NCBI GenBank assembly: GCA_026770705.1
Contig: JANJGN010000150.1
Location: 124,001 to 188,000, forward strand
Direction of reading: 5' to 3'
From: Isurus oxyrinchus
Lineage: Eukaryota
DNA length: 64,000 nucleotides
The translations under genes were made by a program, and so were the position numbers. The notes below the pieces were generated by a model. That model was given only the letters and a program-made list of their open reading frames with translations, searched no databases and was not told the origin of the DNA. This document shows, piece after piece, positions 34,031 through 45,628 of this stretch (its first letter is position 1; the number at the start of each line of letters is the position of its first letter).

Positions 34031-36719
34031 CACGACTGGATGTGACATCTGGAATGCGAAGCTAGTCTCAGTAATGGTGACCATGAAACTAAGGCCAATT
34101 GTTGCAAAAACCCATCTGGGTCACTAATGCCCTTTGGGGAAGGAAACCTGCCGTCCTTACCCATTCTGGCCTACGTGTGACTCCTGACCCACAGCAATGT
34201 GGTTGACTCTTAACTGGCCCCTGAAATGGCCGAGCAAGCCACTGAGTTATATCAAAACCCGCCACAGACCAGTCAAACCAGGTGAACTGCAGCACTTCGA
34301 AAAGGCAGCTCAGCACCCCCTTCTCCAGGGCTCAGTCTGGAACAGGTAACAAACGCTGTCCACATCCCGTGAAAGAATTTTGGTAAAAAGGTAGCCGTGT
34401 ATCACCACCCACGGCCAGCGCCAACCCCCCCACCCCTACCTGATTGCACCAGTTTCAGATTACACCAGGTCAATGAACGGATAGAAACCCAAACCAATGA
34501 GATGAGCACAGAGAAGGATCAAGCCAGAGAGAGTTGGTGGGAAGAATTGGGAAAGCAACAAAAAAGGCAGAGCGGACACTAACACTATAACAAAGTAAAG
34601 ACCAGAGGAGGAAGGAAGCAAGTGTGAAGAGGAATTGAGAGCAGAGCTGGTCGGCTGCTTGTCGAAGCCAAGGACCCTCCATAGGGCACATCCACAGTGC
34701 TGTTGGGGAGGGTGATACATGATTTTGACCCAGGATCATCAAGTGTTGCACTGGCAGAGCCTTTAAAGTAAAGGAACCTTTACTACCCGTGTCCCCCGCC
34801 CTACAAAGCTGTTGACCTGCTGAGTCCACCTGTACAGGCAACCTCCAGACAGTTGGCTACAGAGGCCATTGCAGCTGCTGAATATGACTTCCAGTTTCAA
34901 ACCCTTCATGAATGCAAGGATGGAGAATTCAGCAGGAATATTCCTGCACATCCTGTGGCAGATCCTGTAAATAAAAGGGACCTTCACTCACTCCCCAAAG
35001 CTGCTGACTTGCTGATTCACATCTACAGGCAACCTCCAAATAGTCAACTAGAGAAGACAACGCAGCTGCTGAATGTGACTCCTAGTTTTAAACCCTTCAC
35101 TCTGGAAAGAAGGAATCCAGAGCAATGGCCTCAGTATGATTCTTCACAGAAACTGATTTTAAATCTCATGTCTAAGTATTATTTTTCCTTTGCTTACATT
35201 TTAATCCCTGCACCTGATGGCGTTATCGCTTCAACTTAAATAACTTTCAGCAGGAGCCAGGTTCAAATTGAATGGACAAGCTGGCTTGGGAGGCCAAAAG
35301 GCCTACTCCTGCTTCTGTTTATTTATGTTGGTGTTGTTATGTAGTGGAACTAGAGAGGTTATAGCAGTTATGAGAACATTAAGCAAACAGCAGCAAGAAT
35401 TGAACACCTACGTTGTGGTTTATGAAAAGGTTTTCAACCTGGTCAACTGGTAAAATCTGTTGAAAGTGGGCTATCATGGCGTGTGCCCTTTGTGAGATAT
35501 TTGTAACAACGTTCTCGATGTCGGAACAGCTTGCATTGAACAAAGCTGATCTTTACCCAGAACTTCAGAGGAAGGGGGGACAATTGTTCCCTGGTGTGGG
35601 GGGCATGGTGGGGGGGGAGGGTGAGGGAGAGACAAGTAGCCTGAAATACCAAGCCAGACACTTTGTGAAGACACAAGTTGTTTATTCATTTTTTTTCACA
35701 AATCATAATCTTTACAATTAAAGTCCCGACAAGATGATGGTGAATCATGAACACATTGTCGAGGTCAATCTGTGCCCGGGAGCATAAAGCAGCAAAATCA
35801 GGAGCCCGCTTTACATCTCTCTGAATTTTAACTATCATTAACCCCAGTAACATCCATTCAAATGACTTAGTCATAAGATTCCTCACACATTCACTTGCAC
35901 ACTCACACACCCACACCCACACAGACACACTGACACACTCACTCATTCACATTGACACACACTGACACAGTCACACACACCCACACAGACACACTGACAC
36001 ACTCACTCATTCACATTGACACACACTGACACAGTCACACACACACACACACACACACGCTGACACAATCACACACATTCACATTGACACGCACTGACAG
36101 TCACACATACACACACACACGCTGACACAATCACACACATTCACATTGACACACACATATTGACAGTCACACACACACACACACACACACGCTCATAAAG
36201 ACAGACACAAACACAGTCACGTGAGGTGAATAGTGTCGATGTATTTAAGGGGAAGCTGGATAAACACATGAGGGAGAAATGAATAGAAGGATATGGTGAT
36301 GGGGTGAGATGGAGAAGGGATGGGCGGAGACTCGTGTGGAGCAGAAACTCCAGCATGGAACAGATGGGCCGAATGGCTCCTTTCCCTGCTGTAAAACGCA
36401 GGTAAACTTTCAGTTGGAATTAATGAACAGGGCCTGTGTGAAATAGATTGCTAAGCAGTAGATAAGGAGGGGAGAGGCTGTGGCATGGTGCAGGATGACC
36501 TTGCGTGAATGAGGCCAGGGTCTAATATCTACAGCAGAGACCACAAGTCTCATTTGGTTCTCTCCAATTACAGCAGTTACAGCAGAATCTGCAGCGCTGC
36601 TGTCTGCCCATTCTCTTCTGGCGCTGCAGCAAGGAGCCCTGGAAAAGCAGGAGGACAATAGGTGAGAACATTCCGGAAAGAAAGAAGGCATCATTTCAAT
36701 CAGGCGCGTCATTGGAAGG

Positions 36720-37340
36720 AGGATGGCGCATTTCTATAGCGCCTTTCCCCTCCTCAGGATGGCCCAAAGTGTTCCACAGCTGAAGGAAGGACTTTTTCTG
36801 AAGTGAGCTCACCGCTGTAATGTAGGAAACGCAGCAGGCAATTCACGCACAGCAAGATCCCACAAACAGAAATGTGATAATGGCCCCGATTTTCAGTTTT
36901 TTACCAATGTCAGTTGAGGGATAAATGTTTGCCCCAGGAAAGCAGACATAACTGCATCCCATCCACCCCCCACCACCCCCTCCACACATACACCCAACTC
37001 CTGAAACACTTCATTTAAATTGTGGCCATGGAATCCTCTACATCCATCTGAGAGGGCAGATGTTGTCTCAGTTTAACATCTCATCTGAAAGACAGCGCCT
37101 TCAACAGTGCAGCACCCCCTCAGTACTGACCCTCCGACTGTGCAGCACTCCCTCAGTACTGACCGTCTGACAATGCAGCACCCCCTCAGTACTGACCCTC
37201 CGACTGTGCAGTCCCCCGCCGGTACTGACCCTCTGACAATGCAGCACTCCAAGACTGACTGTCTGACAATGCAGCACCCCCTCAGTACTGACCCTCCGAC
37301 TGTCCTGCCCCCCCGCTGGTACTGACCCTCCGACAGCTCG
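36720..37340 (-). mobile_element. Deu-like SINE running directly into the 33-bp array
   Basis: ...TCTGAAAGACAGCGCCTTCAACAGTGCAGCACCCCCTCAGTACTG continues into tandem units. Confidence 0.6.
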
Positions 37341-37612
37341 GTAATTTCTCAATTATGCCTGGTGGTCCTTTTAACTCAGAGCTGAGAGTTGCAGAGAATC
37401 GAGCAGACACCCTGAACTGACATTGCAGTGCAAGTACTGGGAGTGCGCTGGTCATTATCATGCTGCTGTCTGTGGGATCTTACTGTGCGCCAATGGCTGA
37501 TTCTTTTCCCACAGTACATCAGTGACCTCACATGAAAGAAAAAAAGCACTTGATTGTCTGCGAAACAGTTTGGGACGTCCTGATGTGTTGGAAGGCGCTA
37601 GAGAAATGCAAG

Positions 37613-37761
37613 AGTTGACGTTTCGAGTCCTCATGACCCTTCTGAGGACTCGAAACGTCAACTCTTTTCTTCTCCGCCGATGCTGCCAGACCTGCTGAGT
37701 TTTTTCAGGTAATTCTGTTTTTGTTTTGGATTTCCAGCATCCGCAGTTTTCTTTGTTTTTA
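37613..37761 (+). mobile_element. Penelope-LTR-derived insertion with 24-bp perfect hairpin and 14-bp TSD
   Basis: TAGAGAAATGCAAG at 37599-37612 and 37762-37775. Confidence 0.75.
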
Positions 37762-38339
37762 TAGAGAAATGCAAGTCCTCTTTGTCTTTCACTTGATCCT
37801 CTAAGGTGTCTGTTGATTAACCAGCCTCTCGGTGTATGATGTAGGCCTGGTTATAAACAGTTAGAAGGATCAAATATCAAAAGTGCTTTGGCTGACAGTC
37901 AAACCGATTGTGCATTCGGAGAGATTAGATATGGTCTGCACACAATGACTCCAGTCTCTGGCACTGACTGCCGCCTGGGGTCTCCCTTCCACATAACACT
38001 CACAACTTGCATTTACACAGCGCCTCTGACATTGCAAAATGTCCCAGCCCACATTACCGGAGCGTAAATCAGAGAGAAGTCTAACACTGAGTCACATATG
38101 GAGATATTAGGGTTAGGTGACCAAAAGCTTGGTCAAAGATGTCAGTTTTTAAGGAGCGTCTTAAAGGAGAGAGAGAGAGAGAGGCAGAGAGGTTAAGGGA
38201 GGGTATTCCGGAGCTCAGGGCCCCAGGCAGCTGAAGGCACGGCCACCAATGGTGGAGCGATGGGAATCAGGGGGACCCGGGAGATGCAGTAATGTCAGAG
38301 ATTTTGGAGGAACATCGGGACCGGAGTAGGTGTTCTCCT

Positions 38340-38770
38340 GCTCCATATCTCTCTCTCTCTTCCTCTCATCCACTCCTCCTCTCCCTGTCTCTCTCTCTCC
38401 TACTCTTCCTCTCAATTGCCCTCTCTCCCAATCTTTCTCTCCTCTCTCCCTTTTCCTGTCTCTCTCCCTCTCTCTCCCCTGTCTCATTCTCCCACTCTGT
38501 ATCTCTCCCTCTCTCTCACACTATTTTTGTAACTTTCGCTCACTCTGTAACTCTCCCTTTCCTGTTAATTTCTCTCTCTTGGACAATCTCTCTTCCCTTT
38601 TCACTTTCCCTCACTCTGCATCTCTTCTTTAATTTCTCCCTCTGTCACTCTCTCCCACCTATGTTCTTTCCCTTTCACCCCTCCCCGTCCCACTCTCTGT
38701 CTCTCCCTTCCAATCCCTCCCTCTCCCATTCCATCCCTCTCTCCGACTCTCGACTCCCAGCCTCTCTTTA
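38340..38770 (+). repeat. CT-rich low-complexity tract
   Basis: Polypyrimidine simple repeats. Confidence 0.9.
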
Positions 38771-38844
38771 ACCCACTCCCCAGTTTCACATCTCCCTCAA
38801 ACACAGAAAAACTGGGTTAACACTGACCCTCCTCCCAGAGCCAG

Positions 38845-40484
38845 TTCACCTCGTGTCCGATGCAGTCAAGAGAGGAAGATCATCTCTCCTCCGATCCTGG
38901 TAAACTGAACATTTCCAGAATTAGATCAGCTCCCTGAAGTGTCTCCAGTTAGTCATTCATCTGACAGGATTGACTCTACAACCCTGGGGACTCATTCTCC
39001 TGTAAGTAAAACACTTGCTGCTCCTGTCAAATCTCTTCTGTACAGTATGGTCTCTGGATGTCCCAGAACACTTTACAATAGAGTTCACCCTTTTTTCGGT
39101 GTAAGAGGATTTTATAAAACTAGATTAAACATTGATTAACAAGAAAAAATGATTTTTAAGCATACACATCTGTCTATAAATTACTACTATAATAACTTCT
39201 AAATCCCTTAAGTAATTTAACTTCCATTTACACACGTCAGAATTAAAAATTAGTGTCCGACAAAAATTTGAAAGAATATATGATTAATACCTTTGCTTGT
39301 CTTTGAGGCGTAGATTGCTGAAGTTTGCAGCTGTTCAAAGTTAATTGGTTACCTGTGGCATCCTGGTGGTTATTTGATTCAGATTTGTTGAAGACGCTCT
39401 GTTATCTCTGTTAAGGCAACAGTAAAACACAGAGATTTTAAATGTCCCAGGAACAGTAAACGATACGCTGAACAGTTGAGTTCAAAGTGAATTCTCTTAA
39501 CTTCAGTCCCTGGAGGCAGCAGCTTGGTACATGCAGGCTGAAGGCTTTTCATCATTGTAAGATCTTAAAAACACCGACCCTTACACACAGCCTTCACTCC
39601 TTGATACATATTTTCCCCTTTGAATGCAAATTCCCATTGTTTCACTATGTCTTTGGACTTTATCTTTGTAATAATACAAATCTCTCATAGCCCTAAGTTT
39701 TACCAGTAATCTTTGGCAAAAATAAACACACTGTTTCTTATCTTCACCTGGCTGGGTGACACATTTCTCTCCTTCTTTGAAAACAATCTCGTTTGGTTTA
39801 ATTTAAAATGCAAATTGCCCCCTTTACACTTCACATTCTAAAACTTCCCCATGTTTACCTAATAAACAGTTCAAACCTAACTTCTCTTCTTCCATCAAAA
39901 CACCCAGACCGGCTTCCTCTAATTCCAATAAGTCTCACACAAACACATCACAGACACATGTGGACACAGACACATGGACTCTATTTTACAATAAATTCCA
40001 ATAACATTATGGAGATTATTATATATTCCTGACATGTTGTCACTCAGTCGCAGTTTCCTGACATTGGGACATTATCTTTGTTTGTGTGTGTTTGTGTGTG
40101 GGTATGTGGGTATGTGTGAGTGTGTGTGTGTGAGAGTGTGTGTGTGAGAGTGTGTGTGTGTGAGAGTGTGTGTGTGTGTGAATGTTGTTACAACTGGTTG
40201 ACGGGGAGTGAACTGGCTCCCTTTCTATTCAACCCCCATGCTTGGTTGCAAAAAGGGTTTAAAATATAGTTTCCCCCAAATGCAATTTCCTTAACAAGTC
40301 ATACACACGCTCACACACAAGCACACATACACACACTCACACGCAGGCCCACACACACAGACACACAGGTGCACACGCATACACACACAAACGCACACAA
40401 ACACAGACAAGCACAGACACACACCACACTGACACCCACACACAGACAGGCACAGACACACACACACGCTCACACAGGAAGGTA

Positions 40485-40520
<36 letters not shown>

Positions 40521-42395
40521 ACAGATATCAGAGGTAAAATAATTATGGAGCCCAATTAAAAAAAATTCAAAGAGTTATTATACTGCAGCATAGTTTGTGA
40601 AGTTTGAAGCTGTTTTAAATTAGTTGGTTTGCTGTAGAATCCTGTATTTCATCTGGCTCAGACTTGCACATTATTGAAGACACTCTGTTAGCTTCAGACA
40701 GACAGAGAGAAAGAAGGTGCGAGAGAGAGAGAGAGAGAGACAGGGATAGAGGGAGAAATCATTTCTGTTCTTTTCTAGCAGGGTTTTTAGATGACTGCCA
40801 TATTTCTTTTTCCTCCTCCTTTCTCTTATATCTGCTTGGCAGAACCATTTGTTAAACTCCTGTCTGTATATTCCTGAAGGGAATTCAATCAGCATGTTTT
40901 GCATTCATTGTTAAAGGCCAAGTATTCACGTTTTTTATCTTTGCATCTCCAAAACATTTGATGCATTTCAAGATATAAATCAACAGGAGATGCGGGTATT
41001 GCATCCTCCACAGGGGGTTTTGAATGGCTGATGATTATCCGCTTGGTGAGCAGTTCCCACTGTTTTGATAGAACTACAGCTGTTCAAAGTCCAGCACTTT
41101 GCATTTTAATGCCTTCCTTTTAAGAGTGTCCCTGTTTGCAGTGAACCCTGACACACCCCAGGCGTGACCTTCCATGCAACAGGTCTGCAGTGCAATTCAT
41201 TTGAACCTTTCCAGAGAAGTGATCAACTTCACAGTATCAGCAATCAGGTGACTTGTGTCAGCCATTTTTGATCTGTGTACAATCTTGTATTTCTTTGCAA
41301 AACAGGTCACTTTTAGACAGTTCAATACATCTTTGGTCAGTTAGTTAAGTTGTAGGAAGCTCTAAATCACAGTTTGCTGTCAGGATATTGTCTTTGGGTG
41401 TGTGTTTGTGTGTGTGTAAGTGAGTGGCTGTGTGTGTGTGAGAATGTGAGTGTGTTTGTGTCTGTCTNNNNNNNNNNNNNNNNNNNNNNNNNNNNNNNNN
41501 NNNNNNNNNNNNNNNNNNNNNNNNNNNNNNNNNNNNNNNNNNNNNNNNNNNNNNNNNNNNNNNNNNNNNNNNNNNNNNNNNNNNNNNNNNNNNNNNNNNN
41601 NNNNNNNNNNNNNNNNNNNNNNNNTGTGTCTGTCTGTAAGTGTGTGAGCGTGTGTATGTGTGTTTGTGTATGTGTGTGAGCGTGTGTATGTGTGTTTGTG
41701 TATGTGTGTGCGTGTCTGTGTGTGTGTGAGTGAGTGTGTGTGTCTGTGTATGTGAGTATGTGGGTATGGGTGTGTCTGTGTATGTGTCTGTGAGTGTGTG
41801 TCTGTGTGTGTGTTTCTGAGAGAGAGAGCAAGTGATTCACAGAGTGAAACCTCCTTGAGTCTGGCCACTGTGTTTAACATTTAAGCCACACAGACAGGAT
41901 GTGGTTAAAAGGTGAAACCACAAGGAGTGAGTGACTTTCTCAGTGACTGTCTCTCTGTGGGTTTCCTGTGGGTTTCTGTGAACTGCCTGTGGTTTTAAAA
42001 AGAATCTTCCAACCCCACATGCACGGCATCAAATAAGGAATTGGAAGCTGCAGCTCAGAGAGTAACTAGTCCCCCGAGAATTCACAGCCCCTCAAACACA
42101 GATTAACAGCATTAATCCTGACCGTCAGCCCACTCACTCATTGCCTCTTGTCTCAGACACTAGAAAGTGGAAGTTAAGGCCGGATTTTCACTCCCGGGTC
42201 GGGGGACACAGAGACGGCAGGAAAAAATAACAAAATAGGTCTCGAGCACACAGAGCTCCAAGGGAAGGGTCGTGCTGCAGCTAAGGTGTGAGACATGGTA
42301 CACTCCCCGGATGCAGCATTGAGGCTTGTATGTCTACACAGCTGATGTAGGTGCACATGGAACACATGTGAATGAGCACTGTGATGCACACACAC
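38845..42395 (-). repeat. Inverted segmental duplication, right arm
   Basis: Position 1 pairs with 42395; mirrored ORF translations in the track (e.g. 2455..2679- vs 39808..40032+). Confidence 0.95.
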
Positions 42396-43129
42396 CCTGG
42401 AGAGTAATATCCCTCCATGCACTACATATCAGGCTAACATCAACTCATGTTGTCATTGCTGACTCACAGGGTTGAAGCAGGTCACAGAGACGACTCATCT
42501 TAAACCCCTCGATTAGATCACCCCTTAATCTTCGAGACTCGAGGGAACACAAGCCTGGTCTGTGCAACCTGTCCTCGGGATTTAACCCTTTCAGCCCCGG
42601 GATCGTTCTGGGGACTCTGCACAGCACCCCCTCCGAGGACAATATATCCTCCCTGAGGTGCCGGACTCAGAACTGAACCCAGTGACACCAGATTGGATGT
42701 GAGCGGACCTTAATAAAACTGTGCCAGACACTTCAAAAATCTCTTCAATTCAACGTTGTAAAGACAGTAGGAAAAATCTCACGGGGCCATTGTATCTTAG
42801 CAATATCGTAAACTTGGCCAAAAGAATCCCCCTGGTCACCCCTGAGTGTTACTCATATTGCAAACACAAAGTATACAGCTCCTCCAGTCTCTGAGAAGCA
42901 AAGGTAGGACACTAAAGCACCACCACTGGCAGGAGGCTGTAATTACAGTGTGACATGTTTACATGGGAATGTTCCATTACCAATGACACAGGAATTTAAA
43001 TAATCAGAAGGACATGTGACAACAGGAAGTGGTGCCTTGGAGAATGGAATTATTCACTAGAGTACGTATTTAATTTGATAAAAATGTACAGAAATGTCAG
43101 GACATTTTAATTGCTTCTTTTTTGTATTC

Positions 43130-45190
43130 ATTCACTGACACTGGCTAGGCCAGAATTTATTGCCCATCCCTAATTGTCCTTGAGAATATGGGGGTGAGCT
43201 GCCTTCCTGAGCTGCTGCAGTCCCTGTGGTGTATGTACACCCACAGAACTGTTTGGGAGGGAGTTGCAGGATTCTGACCCAGCGACAGTGAAGGAACGGT
43301 GATATATTTCCAAGTCAGGATGGTGAGTGACTTCGAGGGGAACTTCCAGGTGGTGGTGTTCCCATGTGTCTGCTGCCCTTGTCCTTCGAGATGGTAGTGA
43401 TCATGTGTTTGGAAGGTGCTGTCTAAGGAGGCTTGGTGACGCCCTGCATTGCATCTTGTAGATGGTACACACCCTGCTGCCACTGTGCGTCAGTTGTAGA
43501 GGGAGAGAATGTTTGTGGACGGGGCGCAAATCAAGCGGGGCTGCTTTGTCCTGGACGGTGTCGAGCTTCTTGAGTGTTGTTGGAGCTGCACTCATCTAGG
43601 AAAGTGGAGAGTATTCCATCACTTCTGACCTGTGCCTTGAGGTTGGTGGACAGGCTTTGGGGAGTCAGGAGGTGAGTTACTCACCACAGGATTCCCAGCC
43701 TCTGGCCTGCTCTTATAGTCACAGTGTTTATATGGCTAGTACAGTTCAGTTTCTAGTCATTGGTAACCCCCAGAGTGTTGATAGTGTGGGATTCAGCAAT
43801 GGTGATGCTATTGGACATTAAGGGGAGATGGATATATTCTCTCTGGTTGGAGATAGTCATTGCCTGGCACTTGTGTGGCATGAATGTTACTTGCCACTTG
43901 TCAGGCCAAGCCTGGATATTGTCCAGGTCTTGCTGCATTTGGACATGGACTGCTTCAGCATCTGATGAGTCATGAATGATGTTGAACATTGTGCAATCAT
44001 CAGTGACCATCCATTATTCTGACCATCTGATAGAATGAATGTCATTGATGAAGCAGCTGAAGATGGTTGGGCCTAGGACACTACACTGAGCAACTCCTGC
44101 AGTGATGTCCTGGAACCGAGATGACTGACCTCCAACAACCACAACCACCTTCCTTTGTACTTGGTATGAATCCAACGAGTGGAGAGTTTTCCCTGTGACA
44201 TGACATGGCAGATGATGTGTGCTTGGTGCTCCAAATCCACAAGGGAAAATTGGTCACGCTATCACAATAGTTTTGCAATTTGTATTTATTACAAGAAGCG
44301 TGCACTGAATTCAGGAGTAATGAGATGACCACAACCTTTAGAGATTTTAAAAATTCAATTAAGATATTTATTAACAAAATAAAAGATTTCAAGCACAGAC
44401 ATAATACCACGGTTAGTTACAGCTAAAATATATTCTCAAATTCCTAATTAACCTGACTCCCAGTTACAGAGCCTGTTTAAGGCAACAGTCCAAAATAAGA
44501 TTTTAGATTAAAAACAAACCCAGCGAGTTAACACAGCACACACTTGACACTGGAATTCTAAATGGATTTCTCCAACTTTATTTACTGAACATAACAGACT
44601 TATGCACAAATGCCTGGAGGCTTCTTCAAGCCTGTTTCACACACTCCTGTTAGATCTTACATGGCCCCCAACATAGCCTTTCATTCTCCTTTATACATGT
44701 TTCTCTCTCTTTGATGTGTAAATTCTTTGGAACTGTACCTTTCCCATAATATAAACTTTCATGTTGCCAATATTGTCAATGAAGTTTGGGTAAAATTAAA
44801 AAAAAACTCCTTAGCTTTGCTTATTGGGCTTGTCCTAAACAGACCGACATCCCTTTGAAATCTAAACAACCCCTTCACACCTTACATGCTAAGGCAGCCT
44901 CCATGTGTTCTCATTAGCATTTCAAGTACATTTCTACACCTAGCTTCTTTTGATAATCTCAAACTTGCAGTCTACCTGTCTCCAGATGTAATTAAACTAC
45001 ACAGACAGACCCATCTACACTCACACCCATAAACCTAGTTTACAACAAACCAGGAAAATATTAAGCAAATTATTATACTTTCGTACCACCCCTGATTCCC
45101 ATTGACTCCAGTTTTGCTCGGGCTCCTAGATGCCACACTCGGTCAAATGCAGACTTGATGTCAAAGGCAGTCACTCTCACCTCACCTTGT
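43130..45190 (-). mobile_element. CR1/L2-group LINE fragment split by a solo LTR
   Basis: DDCTMF...MQQDLDNIQAW..KWQVTF...MSAAPTTLKKLDT; sequence resumes at ~45090 as in the uninterrupted copy at ~33320. Confidence 0.8.
44194..45089 (-). mobile_element. Solo LTR (same family as 56938-57865)
   Basis: Both ends align (GAAAGTATAATAATTT... and AATAAATACAAATTGCAAAA...ACA). Confidence 0.75.
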
Positions 45191-45379
45191 ATTAACAGAT
45201 GTAAAATTATACATAATTCATAAGCTTCTCACAATCTTTTACAGCATGGAAAAAGGTACAGCATTCAGAAAGCTCACTCAGAACCAATAAAAAAAAGTTG
45301 AGCAACATCATATTTGTGTTCATTACTATTTGGCCATGTTGGCTGCACACACCCCACAGCCCCGCTCCCTGTTTCACAC

Positions 45380-45628
45380 TCAGTTTTTCTGGAACCTGAT
45401 CTGTGCGTATTCTGTGTCCTCGCTCCTGTGCACAGTCCTGTCACCGCCGGGCAGCTTTGAAAAGTTGATGTTGGCGTAGAGAAGCTCGTCGGTATTGTCG
45501 GAGTTCCCATGTCCAACATCGCCTCCCACTGGACCTTCAGAGAGACCCCGGGGAGCTGGGGTCTCCCCCTCACTAGTTGTGTCTCTGGTTGTGTTCCGGG
45601 GCTCAGTAATCAGCACGTTCTGTTCATC
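45380..45628 (-). CDS. Gene C last exon with ITIM (ELLYANINF) and ITSM (DTEYAQIRF)
   Basis: Long polypyrimidine acceptor ctttttctctgtAG|GAT; motif pair and spacing resemble CD33-related Siglec tails. Confidence 0.92.
   Translation of the reverse strand, partial: DEQNVLITEPRNTTRDTTSEGETPAPRGLSEGPVGGDVGHGNSDNTDELLYANINFSKLPGGDRTVHRSEDTEYAQIRFQKN

Noticed and set aside
34853-35239. 128-aa ORF
   Set aside because: No recognisable domain or splice context; possibly a decayed retroelement
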